From Paraglomus brasilianum (taxonomy: Eukaryota): a stretch of DNA of 32,903 nucleotides. The notes beneath the pieces were generated by a model that was given only the letters and a program-made list of their open reading frames with translations, had not been told where the DNA came from and did no database searches. The DNA lies in NCBI GenBank assembly GCA_910592345.1, contig CAJVPI010000367.1, positions 1-32,903 on the forward strand, written 5' to 3'. The position numbers and the translations under genes are program-made. Positions 1 through 11,490 of the stretch are shown piece by piece (the first letter of the stretch is position 1; the number at the start of each line of letters is the position of its first letter).

Positions 1-129
1 GTTTGAATCGCTCCTACAAGAACCGAATAATGTCGCCCTAAGGTAAGCCCTATTATATCTGAGTGTTTGAATCTTTCTACAAAAATTGAATGATGTTGTT
101 ACCATAAGGTAAACCTTATTATATCTGAG
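1..129. repeat. Two diverged copies of a ~65-bp tandem unit, possibly continuing off the window edge
   Basis: gtttgaatc...aaggtaa..c.tattatatctgag starts at 1 and again at 65. Confidence 0.75.
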
Positions 130-159
130 GAATTGTTATTGCTGAATTAACATAACATA

Positions 160-770
160 TTTTCTTTTCTTGTTTGCGATTTTTTTGATATTAGTATTCA
201 TCCACGTTTCTTATTAATATGAAACGATATTATATTACTATCGCTCATTCAGGAAGAGAAGTGATTTATTATTTATGTGATGAAACAGAGTAACGATGTC
301 AGAAGTGAGTGTTATTTCTTCCTTGTTTGTGCTTTTAATATTAGTATTCATCCACGTTTCCTATTAATATGAAATGATATTCTATTACTATTACTCATTC
401 AGGAAGAGATGTGATTTTATTATTCATGTGATAAAACAGAATAAACAGTGAGTGTTATTTCTTCCTTGTTTGCACTTTTTAATATTAGTATTCTTCCACG
501 TTTCCTGTTAATACGAAATGATATTCTATTACTATCACTCATTCAGGAAGAGAAGTGATTTTATTATTCATGTGATAAACAGAGTAACGATGTCAGAAGT
601 GAGTGTTATTCTTTTCTTGTTTGCACTTTTTTGATATTATAATTAGTAATCATCATGTTTCTTAAATATGAACTGATATTCTATTACTATCGCTCATTCA
701 GGAAGAGTGGTGATTTGTTTATTCACGTGATGAAGCAGAGTAGCCAGTGTTATATGTGAGTGTTCTTTAT
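160..770. repeat. Four diverged copies of a ~150-bp tandem repeat
   Basis: Anchor ctcattcaggaagag at 244, 394, 538, 693 (spacings 150, 144, 155); shared tattagtattc.tccacgtttc and gtgagtgtt blocks. Confidence 0.9.
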
Positions 771-1427
771 CTTTCTATTACTATTTACCTTCTATATTAG
801 AGCCAAGAACATAGTAAACTGCCTTAATACAAAACTTTAATTTGTCAATCATACATAATTCGGGTAGAAATTAAAAGCCGATTTATTATAAATTTTGCTA
901 AATAAAGTCAAATTTTAAGTTTAATTTTATTGAAATTATAACTAATCCCACTGAAAACTGTACATAATCCCACTAGAAATTAAAAGTCAAATTTTACTAA
1001 ATGAAGTTAGTTTTTAAGTTTAATGTAATTGAAATTATAATAAATCCTGCCAGAAATTATTGTCCATAGAAATAAACCTGCTGGCATTAAGGTGAAACGT
1101 TGGTAAATTATACCAGAATTATGTCAAAGTTTATTTAAATTATCAGAAATTAGGCCATCATTCACTGGCAATTCTCCATAAATTAAGACTGAATTCATCC
1201 TTGATTTATCTCATAAATTCCATTTAAAATAAGCTGACACTCATCTACAAATCAGCTTTCTGATTTATGGGCTAGTGGCAGCGATTGGCACCATTCCATA
1301 CCTAATCAGAAAACTTCTGAATTGTGGTTGAGTGACAGCTGAAATCAGGCTAATGCAGACAAATGAGAACCAAATCAGACACTGAATTGAAGCTTAATTT
1401 ATGCTGATTTTTCAGACTTTGACCAGT

Positions 1428-2372
1428 GTTGCTTTGTGCACAAATGCTGATGGATCTCACAAGTTAAATCCATTAATTATTGGGAAATTTGCAAAGCTGT
1501 GATGCTTTAATAATGTCAATCTCAGCTATTTACCAATGACATATCGCAACAACTCAAAGGCATGGATGTTAACTACATTGTTTCAAAATTGGCTCCAAGA
1601 ATTCGACAAAGAAATTGCTCAAAAATATGGAAACCAGCATGTATTGCTGTTATTTGACAATTGCCTAAGTCACAAAACGGATGGTATGGTCATCTCAAAT
1701 ACTGATGTCCACTTTCTCCCTCCAAACACCACTTCAAAAATTATGCCGGAATTATTATGTCATTCAAAGGGCATTATCGTAACTTGCATATTCGATGGAT
1801 CTTAACCCAAGTTGAAGAAGGAAACGACATAAAAGTTTAAAAATGGATGTATTGCAAACAATACGTTTTATTATTAGAAGCTGGGATGAAATCACACCAG
1901 AAACAATCCGAAACTGTTGGAATCATACGAAAATTCTTCCAACTACAACTACCACCACTGACTCTGATACAACCAATATGCCAATGCTAGGAGAGCTCTC
2001 TCTGATACTTACATCTCTCAACCTTCCTGATACTGTCAATTGAAAAATTTTTGAGTAACCCAGAAGAAGACTAAGTTTATGTAGTTCCTGACAATGAAGA
2101 ACTATTATATAGAAAACAGTCAGATTTAGCAATAGTGAAGAAGCTGATGACAGCATTGAGTCCAAAATAATTAGTGTTAACAAGGCTTCAAAAAGCTTAG
2201 AAATGCAATGAAACAGACTACGATGGATCAATTTTTTAAATAATAAATAACCAATGGTATTTCCTAATTTCACGTGCAATCAATCAAATTCTTACCCTTC
2301 ATAAATGCACACCCTCCATAAATGCACGCCTTCCTCCATTCCCAAGGGTGTGCATTTATGGAGGGTTCACTG
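1428..2372 (+). mobile_element. 5'-truncated pogo/Tigger-type (Tc1/mariner superfamily, DDE_1) transposon remnant with its right TIR
   Basis: VALCTNADGSHKLNPLIIGK, NSKAWM, LLLFDNCLSH, HFLPPNTTSK and SWDEITPETIRNCWNH motifs with stops and frameshifts; the end ...ggtgtgcatttatggagggttcactg|TA is a CAGT-type TIR plus TA target. Confidence 0.9.
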
Positions 2373-2374
2373 TA
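2296..2374. repeat. Right TIR and subterminal inverted repeats of the pogo-like element, followed by TA
   Basis: ccct(t/c)cataaatgcac occurs twice (about 2296-2330) and is the reverse complement of gtgcatttatggaggg in the terminal TIR ending at 2372. Confidence 0.8.
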
Positions 2375-3249
2375 TTGTTGTTTGTCTTAGTCTTTTCTTT
2401 GTATTCCTCAACTGCTTTTGTGAAGTCTTCATCTTTGAGGTTGGAGACAGTTATTTTTACGGTGGATATTTTCTTCTTGAATTTTTTCATTAGTTTTGTA
2501 AGCAGGCAAAATGTAGGCTTTATCTGATTATTTCTAAAAAATTATCTGGTTTTGGTAAGTACTGAGGCATTATCATCAATGAAAATATCATTAAACTTGG
2601 AAGATTTTTCGTTCACAACTTCTTATCTATATTAATATGGAAAATACTTTCCTCTCTCATTTTCACCAGGAGTTACTTATATTGAATAAAGTTTACAGTT
2701 AGGAAATTTACCAAATGTTTTTTCAAAATTTTTTCTTTTGTTAACATTTCCACCAGGAGGATGTTTACCTTTTCTGTAAGAAGTCATTATAATTAGTTCA
2801 CTAATTAACTTTTCCTTTAAGCATTATAATAATTCTTCTGCAATAGATAAAAGGAACTTTATTATAGAAATCAGCAGACTTGTAAATTACATTTTGCCTT
2901 CTTGTTGCTTCATCGAGTTGGTTCTTACAATTAATTTTTTATTGGGGTTCTCTGGATCTATATATATATATATAGGAGAAGTTAGCTGCTCCAAAGTGTT
3001 CTCTTGTGCCAAAACCATGGTCATAATAAGTAAACTTTGCTTTACTTCAAAATTTCGAAAAGTATTCTGAAGAAGTTAAATTTTTTGGTGAAAGCTCTCA
3101 GAGAATAAATGATTTAGGTGATTGTAAACATTTATCTCAGTCAGAAATTACTTTTAAAGATCTGCCCTTTTCTAAGAATTTTTGCTTGATTAATTCATAA
3201 AAAGAGTCAATTTTATTTTGATTCATAGTAATTTATTTTAATAATTTTT

Positions 3250-4968
3250 TTACCCAACATTAGCATAAACTGGCTTTGGGCAAGTAATGTCTTTATATTC
3301 ATTCCTGACAAATGGGTGAATGTTCTGGTAAAGATACTCCTGCCTTTTGTAATTTAGAGGAGGGGTTAATATTAAAATGGATAATGATTTAATTTGTTTG
3401 GTAATTTCAGAAATACTTGCTTTTTTAGTTTTAACAAACTGAATTCAGTAAAAGCACCATTAACAACCAGCTGAGCTTTGACAACTCCAGGGTTGGCTGC
3501 TTCAAACAGAAAATGCTGGTATTTTTGCAAACCATTTAACTTTTTAAAAAAAAATTCCCAACACAGAATTAAGGTCTAAGTACTGAAAACCTTTGCCGCT
3601 TTCATAGCACTGAGCCTTGTTTAATCCCGCTGTACTAGTACTTGATTTTTTCACAATCTCAACAATATGTTTTACACAATCTCAACAATATGTTTTACAC
3701 AATCTACCGTTGTTTTTCGGTATAGTTTCTTAATCAATCCAAAACTACCATCACACTTAAATTTAGTATGTCTCGGTATCATAAAATTTAATTCGATACT
3801 TTCATAATAACCGCAAATTACTAAATATAGGTAAAATCAAATGGTAACATTATTTTTATTCTGACCACCAGCGTTATCACAGGTAATTTTTAAATGTTTT
3901 CACCTTTATTCAGTTTCTTTATTCCATCGAATGCTCAGTGTACCATTAGGGCCTTTCCCTATAATTTCGTCTTCATCAAGAACGTAATTAATTTGTTGCG
4001 CATTGCTTCATTTTGAATACCAAACAATGCACTGAGATAATAAATTTTACTTACCTGTTGATCGGAATGGGGTCGTGAACATTTTGTGGCTGTAATGAGC
4101 AGTAGCGTCAACGCTGCAATATTCAGCTTTACCTCTTGAGCTTTTTTCTTACCGGCCACGGCTACTTTTTTCCGAATAGAAGCACACCGCTCGTCTATCA
4201 ATTTTCTCTGCTGTTCAGCTAATTTCGTAATAATTTAGCCTTAACTAAATGTTCTTTATATTTTTTCAATAAATCTTTTGCTTCTTCTTCCTTGCGAGCA
4301 TTATACTGAGCCGTTCCGAAAACGCTGACATGTGTCACATAAATCCGTTCTTGGACTCATAATTTGATTATACGGCATTAATTGGTGCCATAACTTGCAG
4401 AACGCATCATATTTTAACAATTTCAACGTGCTTTGTTTTCAAGACATGCAATAAAATCACGATAAACCGATTTGTAACTTGTTTCAGCTGGCAAGAGTGT
4501 AAGCAGTTGAGTAATTCGGTTGACATTTCTACCGGGACTTGGTAGACCATGAATTTCAGCATAAATTTTCGAGAAAATTCTTCACGGCAGTAGCAATGGT
4601 TATATCAATGGTTAGTTTGTTTTTCATCGTGGCATTCGTTTTATGTTACCATGAATACGTGGTATTATACCATTCGCCGCTAGGTGATTTCGAAGTGCGT
4701 GCGGCCAATTCCTAACATATTGAGATACGTTTTCTGACAAGTGGCGTATTGCGATCTCAATAGTAAAATGTTCTCTTATTAGTGCGCGTTTTCTTTTTAA
4801 GACGTCGGCTGGCAGTTATTTTATTGCTTTCAACTGGGCCATTAAAAATATATCTTGTTCGGATCTAGCGAGAGCTTGAAACGCCTCACAAAATTTTCTT
4901 TCGAAATCTTTTTTGAACAACCGCAATTGCAACCTACTGCCGAGAAACGCATGGCCTTTCATATTCAT
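3250..4968 (-). mobile_element. Degenerate DDD transposase pseudogene, Sola-like (DUF7869-type); superfamily assignment inferred
   Basis: Minus-strand motifs in order: PRIHGN, HGLPSPGR, SPRTDLCDTC, QINYVLDEDEIIGKGPN, CDNAGGQNKNN, FMIPRHTKFKCDGSFGLIK, LQKYQHFLF..NPGVV, RQEYLYQNIHPFV..KDITCPKP; stop at 3252-3250; many frameshifts. Confidence 0.75.
3652..3705. repeat. 23-bp tandem duplication that frameshifts the Sola-like transposase
   Basis: cacaatctcaacaatatgtttta at 3652 and 3675, partial copy at 3698. Confidence 0.9.
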
Positions 4969-5318
4969 TATAATTATAAATTTCCATATACGGGTATTCC
5001 TATATATAGATTTTAATACTTTATTAAGAAGAGTTACTGCTACTCTAACTGCAGAAGAATTTTTATTATGTCTATGAGTCCTAAGATTACATCAGTTTTT
5101 CATCCCATCCAAAAAAAGAGCAAAAAACCAGTGATTAATTTTTGAATTAGGTGAATTTAGCAGAGAATTCATTACAATTAAGATTTCTTCTCACTCAAAA
5201 TGCATTCAATTTATTTAATAATCATCACAATCCATTTACATTAGTAAATCTCATTACAAATTCAGAAATTATAATTAATTGTCTAGCAGAATAGATCTGA
5301 CAAGACCTTTACTTAGTA

Positions 5319-6985
5319 TTACATAGTCTTTTCCTGAGCATCACATTCTTTCCCTCCAATAAGTCTAACTTCCTGTTTCATACCTCTATACTCTATTATT
5401 ACTGATTCCCATTCTTTCTGGCAATATACATTCATCCACTTACCACCACTCTTCACTGGAGGACTGTTGCAAAGGTCAGGATTTCAAATATCAATTATTA
5501 CTGATTCCTTGGAACTCTTCAGGATATTAGCATAAATACCATCTGATTCAAAATGCTTCTCATGCTCTTCCACCCTTTCCCCATCTCTTAGTAACTCAAT
5601 CACCCAGTTTTGGTCATCATCCACATAGAAGTCTACAAATCCATGTGAACCAAAATCTGCTCCAACATCAGGAGAAATATAGACAGTATAAGTATTAGGG
5701 AGGACTTGAGTGGCAGCCTGGTAGAATTCCATCTGCCAAGTGCATTCTAGAAGCTGTTTGTCTTTGCTGACACCAAATGATTTCTGTATTGTCTTGGGTC
5801 CATAACAGTGAAGGTATCAATTAGAAAGCTTTTTAAATCCTTGGGAGCTTCCATCACCCTGTTGGTAGATCCCCAGCATTCCTGCATGTAAAGTATACAC
5901 AAGTAAGGTGCAGAAAACTTGAGTCTTTCATTTTTTTTTGACAAGCATGTTTGTTTTGATCAAACGCTTTGATTCACTTGTGACATCTCTGATATGAATG
6001 GAATATCAAAACACATTATTGCAAAGCAATTTCTCATCATCACTCAGATGTGTGAGTTTTGTGTATGCACAGACACCCTGAAGAACAAAAACAATGAGTA
6101 GAATGATACAATATTAATATTTGTCATTATGCAACCTTAAAGCTGAAAAAAACCCCACTCACATCCATTACTGTAGTCCAGAAATTATATGACTTCAAAT
6201 ACTTGAAAACCTTGTCCCATGTCAGCATCTCACTCTCTCTAGTTGCTGGTTAAATTGATTTCTAATACTGCCCATGAAGAATGCAACTCAACTCTTTCCC
6301 TCTTCTCCAACGACCAAAGTGTCAAACTAACTCCTATGGAGAATACCACTTACATATTCAGTGTTTCAGTTTCAGCTTCGGCCCTCTGAACACTTTCCAC
6401 CTGTCTCTCATCCACTGTAGTAGTAGTGGCTCTGGTTGCAGTTTCTGTCTCCTTAGACTTCCACTTCACCAGAAGGTCCATGGTTGTCATAAATGAAAGG
6501 GTTCCTCAAACCTACCTAAAATATCCACTTTTCTTCTTCCATTCTCCTCTCGGTGGTCTTGGAAAGATGGGAGGTCCTCTCTCCACCTCCAACTGTTTTC
6601 TCCTTCGCTCGGTTTTACTGCGCCTCAGGTTTTCGGCTTCCGTTTTTCCTCCGTTGTGTCCCGTTTTACTGATGGCCTCAGGAATACAACACTAACCTTT
6701 CTGCTCCCTGTCCTGCTTGCAAGTGTGGGACATAGCCTCTCACTTACTTTCTCCCTTGCTAAATTAGTTTTTCCTCTGTGGTTTTCTAATTTAGCTTCTT
6801 ACATTGTGTTTACACCAGGCATTAGGCCAAGTTTCTTTATTGATTCAGTTAGTAATGTAGTTAGCATATGCTTCCTCATGTACTAGCTGTCTAAAAACAG
6901 CTTTAGCAGTTTCTCTGTAGTTGTCAATAAAGATCCTATAAAATCGAAGAATGCAACTAGTCCAGGATGACGTTCAGTCATAATG
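5319..6985 (-). pseudogene. Crinkler(CRN)-like NTPase-linker + restriction-endonuclease-fold pseudogene, interrupted by an insertion
   Basis: MTERHPGLVAFF|MGSIRNQ...LTWDKVFKYLKS; WQMEFYQAATQVLP...ISPDVG..FGS.GFVDFYVDD..NWVIELLRDG..EH..F..DG.Y is the typical CRN C-terminal PD-(D/E)xK signature; in-frame TGA and frameshifts present. Confidence 0.75.
6289..6945. mobile_element. 657-bp insertion flanked by a 13-bp direct repeat (target-site duplication)
   Basis: gaagaatgcaact at 6276-6288 and 6946-6958; removing the insert and one copy restores ...HPGLVAFFMGS... in the CRN-like frame. Confidence 0.8.
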
Positions 6986-7501
6986 GTTTGCTAAAGAGCC
7001 ATATTTGTTTAAAGTTGAGCACTTTTAACTTTGAGGTGACATTCTTTTATAGCAGGTACTATGTAAGCAATTTAAATCTATGTAGTTTGTGGTGACGAAC
7101 GTATATTCTAATGCTTTAGTATATTCCTCCTCACATTTCTGCGTAGCTCCGATGGTGCCACAAACATTTCAGGATCGACACGTTCCCTCTGTATTACTAT
7201 TACATGTTAAAAAACTAACTTTAGGTAGCTTAGTACAAACTGGCACCTGAACGCCGCACCGATAAACTACCCAGCCCCAAGTTTTGTTGCGGGAGCGTGA
7301 CTTCTGTATTACCGCTTCGCAGTATAAAGCGAAAGTCGTCTCACACACTATATTCGCATTCCGATCGTATCAATTGACTAACAATGCGCATGATGAACAT
7401 TATAATTGGCCGCCGCCAGAGGTACCATAATCACGTGCGAATAAACGCTCATCTAATTTCTCGAAAACTAAAAATATAATAATAATAATATAATAACAAT
7501 A

Positions 7502-10475
7502 ATGCTTCCGATCAGAAAACCGAAAGCTAGAAACTTACGCAAGAAAGTCACCGTTGATAACGAAGACGCTGATCCCATATCTGGTATACCTTTCTTTCTC
7601 AGCGTTATCCCTACTCTGCACCACTTGTACTGATTACTCTCCCATTTAACCAGATCAATCTTTGCCACTGTCAACTCCAACAACCCCAGCGACCCCAGCG
7701 ACCCCAGCGACCCCAGCAACCCCAACAAAGAAAACAAAAAAGTCTAAATCACATGTAAAGTTAAGCTTTGGGATTGAAGAGGTAGGATCTTTGCCTCTTT
7801 GTGAATGGTAGATGTTATGTGGTAGGATACATGTCTCGAACGCAAGGAGCGTTGGGATTTTCTGAGGTAGGAGAGGATGTACTGGCTGTTGTCTTAGACG
7901 AAGGGAGTACCATTAAGTGAGAGAGCATAGTGTTGCGATAGATACTTGATCAAGTCACCTTGTTTGGTTCTTCATTGAGAAAGAGACATAGCCTGCATGT
8001 CCCATCAATAATAGGAGTAAATCAAATTAATATATTCTTATTCGGATACTTGCAGGACGAAGGTAGGGAGGTCTATGTATCAAAGGTCCAAGCAAATAGA
8101 CGAACGCCCGATACAAAGTCACGGAAGTTATATCTGGATGTGTGAGTATTTTACTACTCTATTGTGCCAGACTATATACTATGTCTAAATCGCACTAATT
8201 TATTTGATTTACTTAGGCGCTCCTTACCTAAGAATTTGGAGAGTACTACTGAAGCACCAACATATACAAAGGAAATATTGTTTCAATTAAAAGAAAGCAC
8301 ACCAAATACGCCTCCATCATTTACCGAAGATGCTTTGGTTGCAGAGAAATTTCCTTCAAGTATGGGAACAGGTGTGTTTAATGATTTCTGTACTAAATCG
8401 TCAGTCATTTACATTTCGGCGTTTATGCAGAACATATTTCATACAATTATTCACATTACGTACGGATATTTGTGTTTACGTAGGTCCCATAACAGGTATT
8501 CCTGATCCTGCTACAATTCATGCGGCTAAGAAGAAAAGAGAAATGCTGCGACAACGGGCAGCGGGTGGTGCTCCAGAATACATTTCATTATCAGATGAGA
8601 CGGACGTAGGTTTCATGTTCAACTGCGTAAATGTGATATCGCGTTATATTTATTAATAATCTGATTGTCATTTAACATCTTACAGGTTATATCCAGTTCT
8701 GGGAAAAAGTTAGAGTCAAGGTTGGTACGTGAGGAAGATGAAGCAGATGACGTTGACGCTGGTGGGTGTCTTATTATCTCTGTGCAAGTCATATTCGAGT
8801 GTTTTTATAATAGACTGATAGGATCGTTATTAATTAAAAAGACTTTGAAAAGTACGTGTCTGAGAGGTTGCCACTTGGCAAAAAAGCGATGAAAGAGGAA
8901 GAGCAACAACGAAAGGCAGGAATTGAAGAAGCGGTTCAAGAGTTGTAAGTGGGTCTGAATTGGGTTACATCGATTCATCTGGCTTGACAGTTTTATGTCA
9001 ATCGTTTTATTTATAACATCAATATTTTGATTCCCAATTAGCGAATATCAGGGAGAGGAAGATGAGGAGGTATTACAGTGGGAAATGGAAGCCATTAAAA
9101 AGGGTGGTAATGTCAGCAAGATAAAGACACCCAAGAAGTCCCAAGATACACAATTGTACATTCCTGCTCCGAGTATGTAGCGCATAATTGTTCGTAAAAT
9201 CTTTTTTAATACAATATACGACCATACTTACCTGAACATGTTCAACGACTTCAGTACCAGCAATCACACCAATACCGAATATAGCCGATTCCATTGCACG
9301 TCTATCCCAACAGATGGACGATTTCCAAGATGTTCACAAAAATCAACAGTCTGAACTGATACAAATACAAAAGGATTTACAAAACTTGAAATCCTCCAGG
9401 GAAGAATTAGCTAGCCAAATAGAAACAGCAAAAAGAAGCTACAATTATTACCAAGAAATGAAGACATTTGTTGAAAATCTGGCAGAGTTCCTAGACGTTA
9501 AGGTGAGTTTTATTACCAAAGAACGAGTCTAAGTACTAGGCACACCTGTGATGCTAATATTTTCTTTCTTTGGAATGTAATAGCTCCCTTATTTGGAGGA
9601 ACTGGAAAATAAGTTTCACAATTTGTTGATGGATAGATTACAAAGTTTGGCTAAAATACAGACAGATGGCGAGTCTTTTGACTCCGCAATGGAATGTAAA
9701 GGATCCAGTATGTTATACTATGGCATGAATGTCGCAGCGTACAAACAACAGGGGGTAGACATATTGAATGCTATCAATTAATCATTACACTGTTTCTATT
9801 TGTTCTCGGAATCCCTTATGCAAAGCATTTCAGACCAATGATATCTTGCAAAAATTCAAGCACGTAGTTGGTAAGTATGTGCGCTGTGTGAATGATGTGA
9901 ATGCAGATGAGCTTGTGTAATGACGAGATATTCGCCATTGTTCTAACTAGGTGAGATAGAAGTCTCGAAACAGAAGCTGTTTGATGACGTGAGCGATGAT
10001 TTCCGGTCACTTGATAATGTAATGTCCAAGTTCGACGTATGGCGGAGGGAGTTCGAAGAAGACTATGGAAATGCATATGGTGACCTTAGTTTAACGGGAG
10101 TGTTTGAACTTTACGTGAGATATGAATTAATATCGTGGGATCCATTTGACGTACGTATTCGTGGCACATATTTCATATGTTATGAGTAAATGGTGTAATA
10201 CTTATCATGTGCTGTCTATTCATTTGTTTTCCTATCAGCAAACAACTGTTGATCCGATAACTTCTACTAATTGGTATCGGGTTCTTTCTGAATACGGAAC
10301 AACTAATTCTAACAATGCCGACTCAAATGATAGAAAAAGCATTATAATCGGAAAAGTAATAGATAAAATTCTAATTCCAAAAATTAATAGATTAACTGAA
10401 GTATATAAGCCTTATAACCCGGATGTGGCGAACCGCGCTATTGGCCTGACTGACTTGATTAAGTCTATCGTGTAG
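7502..10475 (+). CDS. NTR2: Ntr2 / GCFC2-PAXBP1-like spliceosome-disassembly factor, about 13 exons
   Basis: Manual GT-AG splicing gives MLPIRKPKARNLRKK, KLSFG, IPDPATIHAAKKKREMLRQ, SRLVREEDE, QWEMEAIKKG, YYQEMKTFVENLAEFLDVK and the GCFC core FDDVSDDFRSL..F..WR.....Y..AY.DLSL..VFELYVRYELISWDP; 3' end uncertain. Confidence 0.85.
7676..7726 (+). repeat. Coding 9-bp tandem repeat encoding (T-P-A/T)n in exon 2 of the Ntr2/GCFC gene
   Basis: accccagcg repeats translate as STPTTPATPATPATPATPTKK. Confidence 0.85.
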
Positions 10476-11373
10476 ACATCAAGGCTCCGGTACATGCGTT
10501 CACTTTTGTGGGGGTGTGAAGTTGACAGAGTAAATACAGTTAGATAAAAGGTTATTTTCTTGAATAAATAAGAAAATCAAGAGTATTCTAGATTCCCTTT
10601 CAATTTGTGTGATATTCCGAACTAACAATATGGTTTACTATTAAAAGAGCCATCATAATCTATTATTACATGTTTACTCCTGAACTTTCTAACAGTCTTG
10701 GTTATTAAATTCACCATCTGAACGAACAAGGACTTCATCTCTTTGTGTTATACTCAACAACCGTGTCGTCGACACGCTTTTGTTGACCGTTAAACCGTGA
10801 ATACCAGTGTTTGATAAGAAATCCATTTCCTTAATATCGTTATATAGATGTCTGAACCTCAATCATATCCTTCATACGACTTTCCGTAATGTTTCTTCCG
10901 TTCTAGGCGTTGTTGCATTCGTACAATTTGATTTTTAAAGTCCGTTATCAACTGGAGTTTCTGATAGCTTTCCCGCCGAGTAAACTGCAAAAGTCCTCAA
11001 GTTCGACCGCCAGAATGATTAACACGAGCTATTAAATCATCTTTTTAGTATCGAATCAGATCCTTTGTTTTTAAAAGACGTTGGTAAAAGTGATCATTAG
11101 CAGCGATTTGAATGTAGTGTATTCGCAAGCTGAAATGAAGGTTAGTAAGCTCAAGTTGCTTAGCAGTTAAATCACAATAAAAAAAAGGAAATAAATTTAA
11201 TATATTTTTCAACTAGATAATTCACTAGAATAGTCAAACAAACACTAATTTTAACCTAGTAACACAGGATCAAATTTAGTATACGCTAATACCCCATATG
11301 AAGTAAAGGAGCGAAAATGTAAACCTCGTGCTTCAACGAGTCACCTATTAGAAGAAAAAAAGAATGACGATAG

Positions 11374-11490
11374 CGTCCGGACCGTAATTGGGCTATTGAA
11401 CTATTGCGGGATGGAGATAAATTGGAACAACATCAAAAAAGGTTTCAAGAAGGTGGTATATACGTCCCTATTCTCAAATATGCAAGCCGG
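11374..11490 (+). pseudogene. Isolated fragment of a second CRN-like REase domain
   Basis: RPDRNWAIELLRDGDKLEQHQKRFQEGGIYVPILKYA aligns by eye with DQNWVIELLRDGERVEEHEKHFESDGIYANILKSS at 5484-5732; in-frame TAG immediately upstream. Confidence 0.75.

Noticed and set aside
160..770. CRISPR-like array
   Set aside because: The whole unit is repeated with no unique spacers, there are no cas genes, and the context is eukaryotic.
7432..7437. CACGTG boxes (also at 20912, 21834, 32861) as a regulon
   Set aside because: A 6-mer that also occurs in repeats and TE sequence (724, 2271); enrichment cannot be shown from one window.
7468..7737. Minus-strand ORF with LGS repeats resembling a membrane protein
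   Set aside because: Antisense reading of the TPA coding repeat in the Ntr2/GCFC gene.
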